Positions 55,101 through 60,602 are shown, counted from the first letter of the stretch. The stretch: DNA of 60,958 bases from Candidatus Nomurabacteria bacterium (GCA_016196605.1 JACPXJ010000045.1:1-60958); one strand, 5' to 3'. The notes: generated from the sequence alone by a model not told the origin. A program made the numbers and translations.

Positions 55101-55536
55101 CAATACCTGCGTAAACGAAGCTCAGCTGCAGCAGATTCTGCAGAGTACTGGGCAAGCGAGCGCGAACAGTTCTTCTTCGACAAGCGGAGGGGGAAGCACA
55201 ACCGATACTACAGATACGACCCCCTCTGACTCCCCCTTAGCAGGTGGAGAGGAGACCCTCACCCCCGACCCCTCTCCATCTACGGATGGAGAGGGTGGCA
55301 AAGCAGTAGCAGAGCCGGGTGAGGCAGATCCTACAACCACGATTTCAGAAGAAACCACGACGACTCTCTCCGCCTCAGCTGAGGAGGGGGCCGCGCCAGA
55401 GGGCGGGCAAGCAGGGGGTGGTGATGTTACAACCACGGATTTGACTCTTTCGGCTGACTCAGGGCAAGCAAGCTCAACAGAGGCAACACCAACTCCGGAA
55501 CCAACTCCTGCACCTACCCCTGAAGTAACCCCGTAA
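49144..55536 (+). CDS. giant (2130 aa) membrane-anchored fibre protein: N-terminal HTH, TM helix, collagen-like triplets, repetitive T/G/S/A-rich region, S74-type intramolecular chaperone domain and a low-complexity tail
   Basis: HTH-like YISTKEASIRTGYSKDYIGQLARAGKIDSKKINRAWYV. TM helix FLTIVLTVGAAAGIIY. GPEGPQGASGLQGPQGPTGVP. Repeated GNVGIGTT motifs. TSDERLKN...VFAQELYTIYPHAV...VDYSKLTPVMIASIQEL. Confidence 0.85.
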   Translation: MDSGIFSQNNSSEKKYISTKEASIRTGYSKDYIGQLARAGKIDSKKINRAWYVEESSLFSYKDVSAELKKENGKIFAEANSPLAIPPLLVEEGVRGGDSEITTSPFGHSSFIKEERVAEISDVSSVLKVYQHQPQKNYLGKQIFSKSREFLTIVLTVGAAAGIIYANNLKLPNFLQDFIGPENSQTANTIDSLKDAYGNFVTDPANASVSESVAVNIKQDDLLNAYKNYLTKPGTPSSILPLNKGERPKAEGVISSLRAVSPSISNANLVSAIKTILAQKEFRDQLRGPEGPQGASGLQGPQGPTGVPSIFSIPSAPTVNTLAYVPATVIPPNPSSNFAGATLLGATNLSSGSFSTTTASIDTLTVNGQATIGGTLTVTGTATIPTVAATASTTDTLAVGGGYGSTGASISAIGDIEANGALTIDGASTLTGSTVIGSAASSTTTIGSTTTPGALTLRGATTLDNNFSQTGANTFSTGTGAISLNGATTVTGSNTFATGTGAVTFNNVTTNIASDNPIIDLTSATTLSINTTTNRPITTGTGLFTAGGDVTIAGTTGATLSGIGAGITFTGTGNHDITASSGTLRIGSNTIIGSIEALDETVDIGTPAVRFDKFYANEVNATTLVGTITGGNSSAETFTINSDNATADTENSYLSFERGSSIPNALLGWDSTNDEFDLNSGLNVTNTIGSAAHLRLSYDASNYNSFTTSSTGDLAISSTGTNGNITLTPSGTGKTVIASNSTSWTYASTNLTLSTRSNGRGLTFATTDANDFTLSVFRNSIPAAPTGITALEFEGLDDAGGSVAYGQLTVNATDIAAATVTGEMVLSLEKSNVHSHVLRVQPATIRFFNTRTSDTVFEALQLDWTSNIARIFTNYSGGGSARALQLGGGGSTQWEFADDATGFRPLTDDSSSTGLLGTTTKRVYHGRFGTGGVWIGNMTSAAGLLNVRSSSGGTFRVDATSGAASITDTTASSSTTTGSLINAGGFGNAGAAYFGGALNVAGTTGSTFTPSAAADMTHTFTSANDANFVRLFFGRASATAMIGVAASAAQFTTSDVAGDLTIRNASGKINFSNDGGITTGMSLGASNLLTLTADLTVTGGNVGVGTATVASQAIRLGSTGLTGTTQYGIANVIVFDSTVATVAAHGIYLGQRTAATPGTLPVSDSIFIDGPTIGSSSAITTNTGLRIANQGATGITNAYGIDIAAQSGAATVNVGLRNAGTTLLTNTTASTSSATGALQVSGGVGIATAVTTATSMGLNVAHTGAITGTGYGGYFSKTGASTTNVGLYATASGATNNYAAIFESGNVGIGTTAPSTKLHISGTGSGTYLRIEETTAGEETTIQLLGDATRKNWEIGKQQIGNALTFASSTANGGTTFTNYRMTILDTGEVGIGTTSPAGLLHVSSDTVDLGKGYFTQANASADSFDFNFRKARGTGAVPTVITTADELGVINFTGYGGAAGYITGAAIKGISSGTIADSRVPGQLSFWTGTDAAPSVLTERMRIDNAGQVNVLATTASTSSTTGSLINAGGFGNAGAAYFGGALNVAGTTGSTFTPSAAADMTHTFTSANDANYARLNIGRASASFMLGVAASLGQFIATDAAGDAVIRTLSGNINFSNDGGATLGMRLGTSNLLTLAGDLTVTGGNVGVGAATNSSIGVFVTGASLLSGVSQTGLYSDSTFSSAATTSAQAGRFEVRTAAASFTVTNARALFLVAPTLGSGSAITNNYGIQIQNMGATGVTNAYGLDIAAQSGAATTNVGLRNAGTTSLLAQLSVSLDLASDYAATFFNDGNNANRSGLLVKAGLDDSTLAGPSTLIDFQDGDGGAIGSISFGSSATAYNTTSDERLKNLVNEQTTSSLNILNQIKIHDFTWKDDVSSNLYTGVFAQELYTIYPHAVTKPINPADSWMVDYSKLTPVMIASIQELDLTLEGLEERVAALEEGSPSLGSGSSSILDTVKNWLASAGNGITDIFAGTLHVTNQLCIGNTCVNEAQLQQILQSTGQASANSSSSTSGGGSTTDTTDTTPSDSPLAGGEETLTPDPSPSTDGEGGKAVAEPGEADPTTTISEETTTTLSASAEEGAAPEGGQAGGGDVTTTDLTLSADSGQASSTEATPTPEPTPAPTPEVTP
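49396..49496. repeat. P element inverted pair (tails facing inwards), in-frame in the giant ORF
   Basis: cctcccctcc-ttgt-ggaggaggggg-taaggggtggtgattc aga aattaccacctcgccc...ctcctcctt-catc-aaggaggag. Confidence 0.75.
49847..49905. repeat. P element, in-frame in the giant ORF
   Basis: accccctcttc-aat-tctccccctt-aac-aagggggaga-ggccgaaggcagaaggggt. Translated as TPSSILPLNKGERPKAEGV. Confidence 0.8.
52093..52220 (+). repeat. 128-nt block identical to 53731-53858 (internal duplication of the giant ORF)
   Basis: ggagggtttgggaatgcggggg...gtccgccaacgatgc read identically at both places. The offset is 1638 nt (in-frame). Confidence 0.85.
53731..53858 (+). repeat. second copy of the 128-nt identical block
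   Basis: See 52093-52220. Confidence 0.85.
55218..55299. repeat. P-like elements in the C-terminal tail of the giant ORF
   Basis: gaccccctctgactccccctt...; cctctccatc-tac-gatggagagg. Translated as [27 protein letters not shown]. Confidence 0.6.
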
Positions 55537-55580
55537 TAATTTGTTAGGATTTTCGGCATAGCTATGGTAAAATACAAAAT

Positions 55581-55844
55581 ATGAAAAATTTGAGAAACCA
55601 AAATTTAACATTTTCGATAATTGTTGAAAAAGACAACAACGGCTATTTTGCTGAGTGCAGGGAGCTTCAGGGATGCTATACAGAGGGTAAAACATACGAA
55701 GAAGCGATAAAAAATATCAAAGAAGTTATCGAACTCCACATCGAAGATAGAAAAGAACGCGGGGATTTTAAGGTTCTGCAAAATCAAAAAGATCATGTTT
55801 CTCTAACTACTTTTTCTATCTCTGTGCCGCAGTATGTCTCCTAA
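55581..55844 (+). CDS. hicB: HicB-family antitoxin
   Basis: FSIIVEKDNNGYFAECRELQGCYTEGKTYEEAIKNIKEVIELHIE (UPF0150/HicB fold pattern). Confidence 0.85.
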   Translation: MKNLRNQNLTFSIIVEKDNNGYFAECRELQGCYTEGKTYEEAIKNIKEVIELHIEDRKERGDFKVLQNQKDHVSLTTFSISVPQYVS

Positions 55845-56061
55845 ACAAATACCCAAAAATTGCAAGCAGTTAATAACCTTAGCGGAAAAAGCTGGTTTTG
55901 TGTTTTCTCGTCAGAAAGGATCGCATATGATTTTTTACCATGAGAGAGGTCTTAGGTTAACTATTCCAAATCATGGAACAAAGGCTCTGCATCCAAAAAT
56001 AGTGAAAAGCGTTTTAAGAGACATTGAAAATGCAAGCTTATTTACTCACGACGAAGTTTGA
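55834..56061 (+). CDS. hicA: HicA-family mRNA interferase toxin
   Basis: LITLAEKAGFVFSRQKGSHMIFYH...LTIPNHGTKALHPKIVKSVLRDI. Overlaps hicB by 11 nt. Confidence 0.85.
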   Translation: MSPKQIPKNCKQLITLAEKAGFVFSRQKGSHMIFYHERGLRLTIPNHGTKALHPKIVKSVLRDIENASLFTHDEV

Positions 56062-56107
56062 AACTAAGTTTTGTAGTTGTTAGATCTTGCCTTACAATTT
56101 TAATACA

Positions 56108-56151
56108 GCCGAGATATCTTTAAAAGACAAGCTATCTCGGCTGATCTCGGC
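56108..56151 (-). repeat. Z element copy 3, inverted (right boundary of the giant-gene segment)
   Basis: Reverse complement gccgagatcagccgagatagc-ttgtcttttaaag-atatctcggc matches 48768-48811. Confidence 0.8.
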
Positions 56152-56167
56152 GTGGAAAATTCAAAAG

Positions 56168-56197
56168 TCCCCTTGATAAGGGGGATTTAGGGGGTTA
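56168..56197. repeat. partial P element, intergenic
   Basis: gtcccctt-gat-aaggggga-tttagggggtt. Confidence 0.6.
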
Positions 56198-56208
56198 TAT
56201 TTGAATCA

Positions 56209-57534
56209 ATGCATTTTGAGATAAAGAAAAAACTAAAGAATAGTCTCGGTCGCGCTGGAGTTTTAACCACAGCTCATGGAGCCATAGAAACTCCGGCCTT
56301 TGTCTCAGTTGGCACAAAAGGAACAATAAAATCTCTAAACCCAGAGCAGGTAAAAGAAGCTGGAGCGCAGGTAGTTCTTGCGAATACTTATCATTTATAT
56401 TTGCAGCCCGGAGACGAGCTGGTGCGGGATGCCGGCGGACTGCATAAATTTATGAATTGGCCGGGACCTCTCATGACCGACTCCGGCGGCTTCCAGGTTT
56501 TTTCTCTCGGCGCGGCTTATGGCAAGGATGTCTCCAAGATAATACCCCTACCCAACCTCCCCCTTAATAAGGGGGAGGAGAAAGGAGGGGGTCCGGAACG
56601 TTTTGACGATTCGGCTGCCCCTCGTTTGGCAAAAATCGGGGCTGATGGCGTTTCCTTTAAATCGCACCTTGATGGTTCTATTCATTACATTACTCCGGAA
56701 AAATCAATCCAGATCCAGCACAATCTCGGCGCGGATATAATTTTCGCTTTTGATGAAGCCACCAGTCCAGCGGAGGATTACAAATATCAGGAGGAAGCTC
56801 TTGCCCGCACTCATGCTTGGGCGAAGCGAAGTCTAGAACATCATCAGAAATTATGTTTCACGCCAGAAGCTTTCTTTTCGGGGTCGCCATTTTCCTGCTG
56901 GAAAATTTGGCTCCATCCTCAGCTCGCCAGCCTGCGGAGACCCCGCAAAGAAACTTCTGTCGCTTCACATCCTGCGCTTTTTGGCATAGTTCAGGGCGGA
57001 CTGGAGAAGAATCTGCGCAAAAAGTCAGCGGAATATATCGGGAGCCTGCCTTTTGATGGCTTCGGCATCGGCGGCTCATATACCAAGGAGCACATGGAAG
57101 TAGTGGTTAAACTCGTAAATGAAATCCTGCCGGAAGAAAAGCCTCGCCACCTGCTCGGCATCGGCGAGCCGGAGGATCTTTTCATGGGCGTGGAAAATGG
57201 CGTGGATCTTTTCGACTGCGTGGCGCCGACTCGTCTCGGCAGAAACGGAACTATTTATACCCACCAAGGAAAAATGATTATTATGAATAAAGAATTTAGA
57301 AAAGATTTTAATCCCATCGAGTCTGATTGCAGTTGCTACACTTGCAAAAATTATACTAGAGCATATGTTGCTCATTTATTTCACGGCAAAGAAATGCTCG
57401 CTGGGACTTTGGCTTCAATCCACAATTTATATTTCATCGTCAACTTGGTGAAAAATATCCGGCAATCTATTCTCGACGAAAATTTTTTCGAATTTAAGGA
57501 GGAGTTTTTAAAAAATTACAGGAAGGTAAAGTAA
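56209..57534 (+). CDS. tgt: queuine tRNA-ribosyltransferase (with two repeat-derived insertions)
   Basis: TPAFVSVGT, LANTYHL, LMTDSGGFQVFSL, ALFGIVQGG, GFGIGG, CxCxxC Zn site (CSCYTCKNYTRAY). Confidence 0.93.
   Translation: MHFEIKKKLKNSLGRAGVLTTAHGAIETPAFVSVGTKGTIKSLNPEQVKEAGAQVVLANTYHLYLQPGDELVRDAGGLHKFMNWPGPLMTDSGGFQVFSLGAAYGKDVSKIIPLPNLPLNKGEEKGGGPERFDDSAAPRLAKIGADGVSFKSHLDGSIHYITPEKSIQIQHNLGADIIFAFDEATSPAEDYKYQEEALARTHAWAKRSLEHHQKLCFTPEAFFSGSPFSCWKIWLHPQLASLRRPRKETSVASHPALFGIVQGGLEKNLRKKSAEYIGSLPFDGFGIGGSYTKEHMEVVVKLVNEILPEEKPRHLLGIGEPEDLFMGVENGVDLFDCVAPTRLGRNGTIYTHQGKMIIMNKEFRKDFNPIESDCSCYTCKNYTRAYVAHLFHGKEMLAGTLASIHNLYFIVNLVKNIRQSILDENFFEFKEEFLKNYRKVK
56543..56594. repeat. P element, in-frame in tgt
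   Basis: acccctacccaa-cctccccctt-aat-aagggggagg-agaaaggagggggtcc. Translated as IPLPNLPLNKGEEKGGGP. Confidence 0.8.
56864..56959 (+). repeat. X element copy X5, in-frame in tgt (96 nt)
   Basis: Arms cagaagctttcttttcggggtc / gagaccccgcaaagaaacttctg. Core attttcc-tgc-tggaaaat...tcgccagcctgcg. Translated within CFTPEAFFSGSPFSCWKIWLHPQLASLRRPRKETSV. Confidence 0.75.
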
Positions 57535-57623
57535 TATTTTAAAGCACGTATAATTTTCTGCTGAAAATTTACTCCGTCTCGGTTACCCGCCTCCGAAGTC
57601 TCTAAAATATTACTTTACCTTCC
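57521..57623 (+). repeat. X element copy X2 at the tgt stop codon (perfect 21-bp arms, 61-nt core)
   Basis: ggaaggtaaagtaatatttta ... taaaatattactttaccttcc, followed by tttttt. Core aattttc-tgct-gaaaatt...ctcggttacccgcctccgaag. Confidence 0.8.
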
Positions 57624-57676
57624 TTTTTTACTTTACTTTCTTTACTTAGCTGTTATATACTAAACAAATTAAAGAA

Positions 57677-59077
57677 ATGAAAAAGCTAGCGAAGAAAAAG
57701 GGCGCGCAGAAAAATTGTAGAAAATTTTGGAAGCTCGGAGTGGAAGAATGGAATACTCAGTTTTTTAATGTGAGCCGCGATGCGGAGCTCACCGTGACTG
57801 AAGGCCATCATATTTACAATCTTGCCGACATGGCCCGGAAGTATGGCACGCCGCTCCAGGTGGTTTTCCCTTTTATTCTAGAAGACCGGCTGAAGGATCT
57901 CATCGGCTATTTTCAGGCCTACATGAAGATTTACGGATACAAAGGAAAGTTCTTTTACCATTATCCGATGAAGGTGAATCAAAACAAAGAATTTGTCCTG
58001 CCGCTTATCTCCGAAGGCGCAAACTTGGAAGTGACTTCTGCCAACGAACTCTGGCTGGTGAAGAAGCTCTGGGAAGGAGAAAGATTTAACAGCAAAATAC
58101 GCGTGCTTTGCAACGGGCCGAAAACTCACGCCTATCTCGATCTGATAGAGGAACTGCGCTCTAAGGGGATGAATGTAGCGCCGATCATCGAGGGTCCCGA
58201 GGAAATCGAGCGGCTCACAAAATATAAGGGGGACATAGGGCTTCGCATAGACCTCGCGATCAAGGCGGACACGCACTGGGATAAAAAATTTGACCGCTTC
58301 GGCCTTTCCGAAAAAGACGCGCTCTCGATGCCAAAGATAAAGAACCTGAAGATCATGCATTATCATATGGGATCGCAGATAAAAACGCAGAAAAGCATTT
58401 TTGACGCGGTCAAGCGGGCTTTCGGAATTTATGCGCAATTGCAAAAAATACATCCCGGGCTCGACACCCTCGATATCGGCGGCGGGTTCGGCGTTCCTTA
58501 TGAAAAGAAAAAGTTTTATACCGCGAAAGGCGTTTCCAGCAAGATCATTAAAATATTGAAGAATTTATCCGACAAAGCCGGCATTCGCCATCCGAACTTG
58601 GTGGTGGAATGGGGGCAGTATATCGTCGCTCCGGCGGAGATAACGATCTATAAAGTGCTCTCTGAAAAAATAATACCTAAGGCGAATGCCAAGAGCTGGT
58701 ATGTCATTGACGGAAGTTTTATGAATGATCTGAAAGACACCTGGGCAATCCATCAGAAGTGGCATGCCATACCAGCAAACAATATGCACGGAGGGCTGAA
58801 GACCACATGGCTCGCGGGCAGCACTTGCGATTCGGATGATAAGTATACCGCCGGCGGCAACTATATCCTTTTGCCGAAACTTCATGATAACGAGGAGCAA
58901 TATGTGGCAGTTCTCGACACCGGCGCCTATCAGGACGGGCTTTCTTCGCACCATTGCCTTCTTTCGAGTCCCATGAAGCTGGTCGTTGCCGACGGCACAG
59001 TCAGTATCTCCAGAAAGCGCGAGACCGCGGACTCTATCGGCAAACTTTTCGGCTGGACCAACGGGACAAAAAATTGA
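57677..59077 (+). CDS. PLP-dependent decarboxylase, Orn/DAP/Arg decarboxylase family (SpeA-like)
   Basis: YPMKVNQNKEF (PLP lysine), HYHMGSQI, DIGGGFGVPY, GSTCDSDD. Confidence 0.75.
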   Translation: MKKLAKKKGAQKNCRKFWKLGVEEWNTQFFNVSRDAELTVTEGHHIYNLADMARKYGTPLQVVFPFILEDRLKDLIGYFQAYMKIYGYKGKFFYHYPMKVNQNKEFVLPLISEGANLEVTSANELWLVKKLWEGERFNSKIRVLCNGPKTHAYLDLIEELRSKGMNVAPIIEGPEEIERLTKYKGDIGLRIDLAIKADTHWDKKFDRFGLSEKDALSMPKIKNLKIMHYHMGSQIKTQKSIFDAVKRAFGIYAQLQKIHPGLDTLDIGGGFGVPYEKKKFYTAKGVSSKIIKILKNLSDKAGIRHPNLVVEWGQYIVAPAEITIYKVLSEKIIPKANAKSWYVIDGSFMNDLKDTWAIHQKWHAIPANNMHGGLKTTWLAGSTCDSDDKYTAGGNYILLPKLHDNEEQYVAVLDTGAYQDGLSSHHCLLSSPMKLVVADGTVSISRKRETADSIGKLFGWTNGTKN

Positions 59078-59090
59078 AAATTTTTCTGAT

Positions 59091-59570
59091 ATGAATCAAA
59101 AAATTTTAATAAGTTTTGCTCTTGTAGTTATTTTTATACCCTTATTTTACTTGACTATTTACCCAAGTGGTCAACCTGGCAGGTTGACCACTACCAGTTA
59201 CTACGTAAAGATTGCCGGGCAGAATATCAAAGTGGAAATTGCCGACACACCAGACAAACAAGCGCAAGGACTTTCCGCAAGGCAAGGCCTTTCAGAAGAT
59301 GAGGGAATGCTGTTTGTTTTTGAAAATGCCAGCGTGTATCCGTTTTGGATGAAAGATATGAAGTTTGCAATTGATATAATTTGGTTGAATGAGGATAAAG
59401 AAGTGATTTATATAAAGAAAGATGCGCGGCCCGAGCTTTTTCCGGAAACTTATGGCCTCAAGAATGAGCAAGGGGAGTCCTTGCTCACGAAATATGTGCT
59501 GGAGGTTGTCTCTGGATTTTCTGAAAAAAATAATCTGAAGGTGGGGGACAGGGCGGAATTTTCGTATTGA
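59091..59570 (+). CDS. DUF192-family protein (signal-anchored)
   Basis: ADTPDKQAQGLSARQGLSEDEGMLFVF...PFWMKDMKFAIDIIWL. Start at MNQKIL preferred over the ORF-track start at 58986. Confidence 0.7.
   Translation: MNQKILISFALVVIFIPLFYLTIYPSGQPGRLTTTSYYVKIAGQNIKVEIADTPDKQAQGLSARQGLSEDEGMLFVFENASVYPFWMKDMKFAIDIIWLNEDKEVIYIKKDARPELFPETYGLKNEQGESLLTKYVLEVVSGFSEKNNLKVGDRAEFSY
59166..59192. repeat. R-type REP, in-frame in the DUF192 gene
   Basis: agtggtcaacctggcaggttgaccact. Translated as SGQPGRLTT just after the signal anchor. Confidence 0.85.
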
Positions 59571-59671
59571 TTTAGCAATAAGAAACGGTCGTTTGCTAAT
59601 GCTAAATTAGATGATGTGAGTCAGCATTTTGGCCGTAGTCGGGGCTAACGTTGTTTGTGTGAAATTTTTTA

Positions 59672-59766
59672 GAAATCAAACTTTTTCCGGTACGGAATTT
59701 TTGAAGCTTAAAAATTCCTGAAATTCTCGGTTCGCCAGCCTCGAAACTCCTCCAAAAGTTTATTTC
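59672..59766 (+). repeat. X element copy X4 (AT-rich 13-bp arms with one bulge)
   Basis: gaaatcaaactttt ... aaaagtttatttc. Core ggaattttt-gaagctt-aaaaattcc ... ctcggttcgccagcctcgaa. Confidence 0.55.
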
Positions 59767-59794
59767 CAAAAAATTATTAAAAACTTAGATTTTT

Positions 59795-59980
59795 ATGGCA
59801 AAATACGGACCAAAAGCTCAAAAGAAAGTCGCAAAGGTGATGCACGAATGGAAAGAAGGCAAGCTGCATAGCGGCCGGAGTGGCAAAAAAGTGAAAAGCC
59901 AGAAGCAGGCCGTGGCTATCGCTATCTCGGAAGCGAGAAAGGCTGGGGCCAAGGTGCCCAAGCAGAAAAAAGCCACTTGA
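59795..59980 (+). CDS. small basic protein (KVAKVMHEWKEGKLHSG...KQAVAIAISEARKAG family, possibly DUF6496)
   Basis: Characteristic conserved motif. The family name is recalled from memory. Confidence 0.55.
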   Translation: MAKYGPKAQKKVAKVMHEWKEGKLHSGRSGKKVKSQKQAVAIAISEARKAGAKVPKQKKAT

Positions 59981-60080
59981 TAGATTCAAAACAGAATATA
60001 TGCTATTATATAGGTATATTACTAATTAATATATAGCCGCCTTCGCTAAAAAAATTAGCTCCGGCGAGCCAAAAAATATC

Positions 60081-60269
60081 ATGGTAGAATTAAAAGCTTT
60101 GTGTATGAAGTGTAGGGATGCGAATAACAAGCCGACGATGCAGACGATGACCAACGTCAAAGTCGAGGAAAAGAACGGCCGATATTCCGCCAAGGGGCAG
60201 TGCGCTACCTGCGGAGGCAATCAGTTCAAGTTTATGTCCAAGGCAGACGCTGAGGCCATGAAGAAGTAG
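60081..60269 (+). CDS. small zinc-ribbon protein (DUF5679-like)
   Basis: CMKC...GQCATCGG with an intervening NGRYSAKG. Confidence 0.5.
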   Translation: MVELKALCMKCRDANNKPTMQTMTNVKVEEKNGRYSAKGQCATCGGNQFKFMSKADAEAMKK

Positions 60270-60298
60270 CTTAATTTTTCTGAAAATTAATAAAAATT

Positions 60299-60472
60299 AT
60301 GGCTTACAGCAATTCATCGGTAAAGTTTTTGGTGTGGCTGCTTCTTATATACGGGGCAATAGTCCTTATCCTTGCCCTCTACCCTCCTTTTCGCCCATGG
60401 TTCGGGCCGAATATGGGGATATGGACGCTCTTTTTTTTGTACTGGATTATAAAAGTCACTTCGCAGCATTAG
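60299..60472 (+). CDS. hypothetical 57-aa two-helix membrane protein (below the ORF-track cutoff)
   Basis: Hand translation MAYSNSSVKFLVWLLLIYGAIVLILALYPPFRPWFGPNMGIWTLFFLYWIIKVTSQH. Confidence 0.3.
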   Translation: MAYSNSSVKFLVWLLLIYGAIVLILALYPPFRPWFGPNMGIWTLFFLYWIIKVTSQH

Positions 60473-60545
60473 AATTTAAGAAGATAAGATATTATTAGTT
60501 AGTTAAATCGCCTCTACGGCGATCCGCCGAGGAGGCGGAAATCAT

Positions 60546-60602
60546 ATGGCAAAAGGCGACGGGCACAGAAAAGAGAAGAAGAAACCAAAGAAGAATAAAT
60601 AG
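60546..60602 (+). CDS. possible 18-aa Lys-rich micro-ORF (MAKGDGHRKEKKKPKKNK)
   Basis: Preceded by gaggagg, which lies in the loop/stem of ccgcc-gagga-ggcgg. Followed by a terminator. Confidence 0.3.
   Translation: MAKGDGHRKEKKKPKKNK

Noticed and set aside
50349-55601. Many 60-175-aa ORFs in other frames or on the other strand within the giant gene, for example 50349-50864, 51912-52436, 53508-53852 and 55122-55601.
   Set aside because: The giant ORF is GC-rich, repetitive and poor in stop codons in all frames. The single 6.4-kb frame has coherent domain content and explains the region.
49144-56061. A prophage or phage remnant, suggested by the tail-fibre-type S74 chaperone domain and collagen-like repeats.
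   Set aside because: The segment and its flanks contain no capsid, terminase, portal, tail tube, integrase or lysis genes. The protein has its own membrane anchor, so a cellular surface fibre is more parsimonious.
38619-59192. The possibility that the recurring palindromes (R, S, P, Q) represent a CRISPR array, or that the PaaX-like proteins with a Cas2-like FDIP...Q(K)S(A/V)W motif mark a CRISPR-Cas locus.
   Set aside because: There is no regularly spaced repeat-spacer organisation. The copies are dispersed, often inside genes. No cas genes are present. The motif fits PaaX-family regulators.
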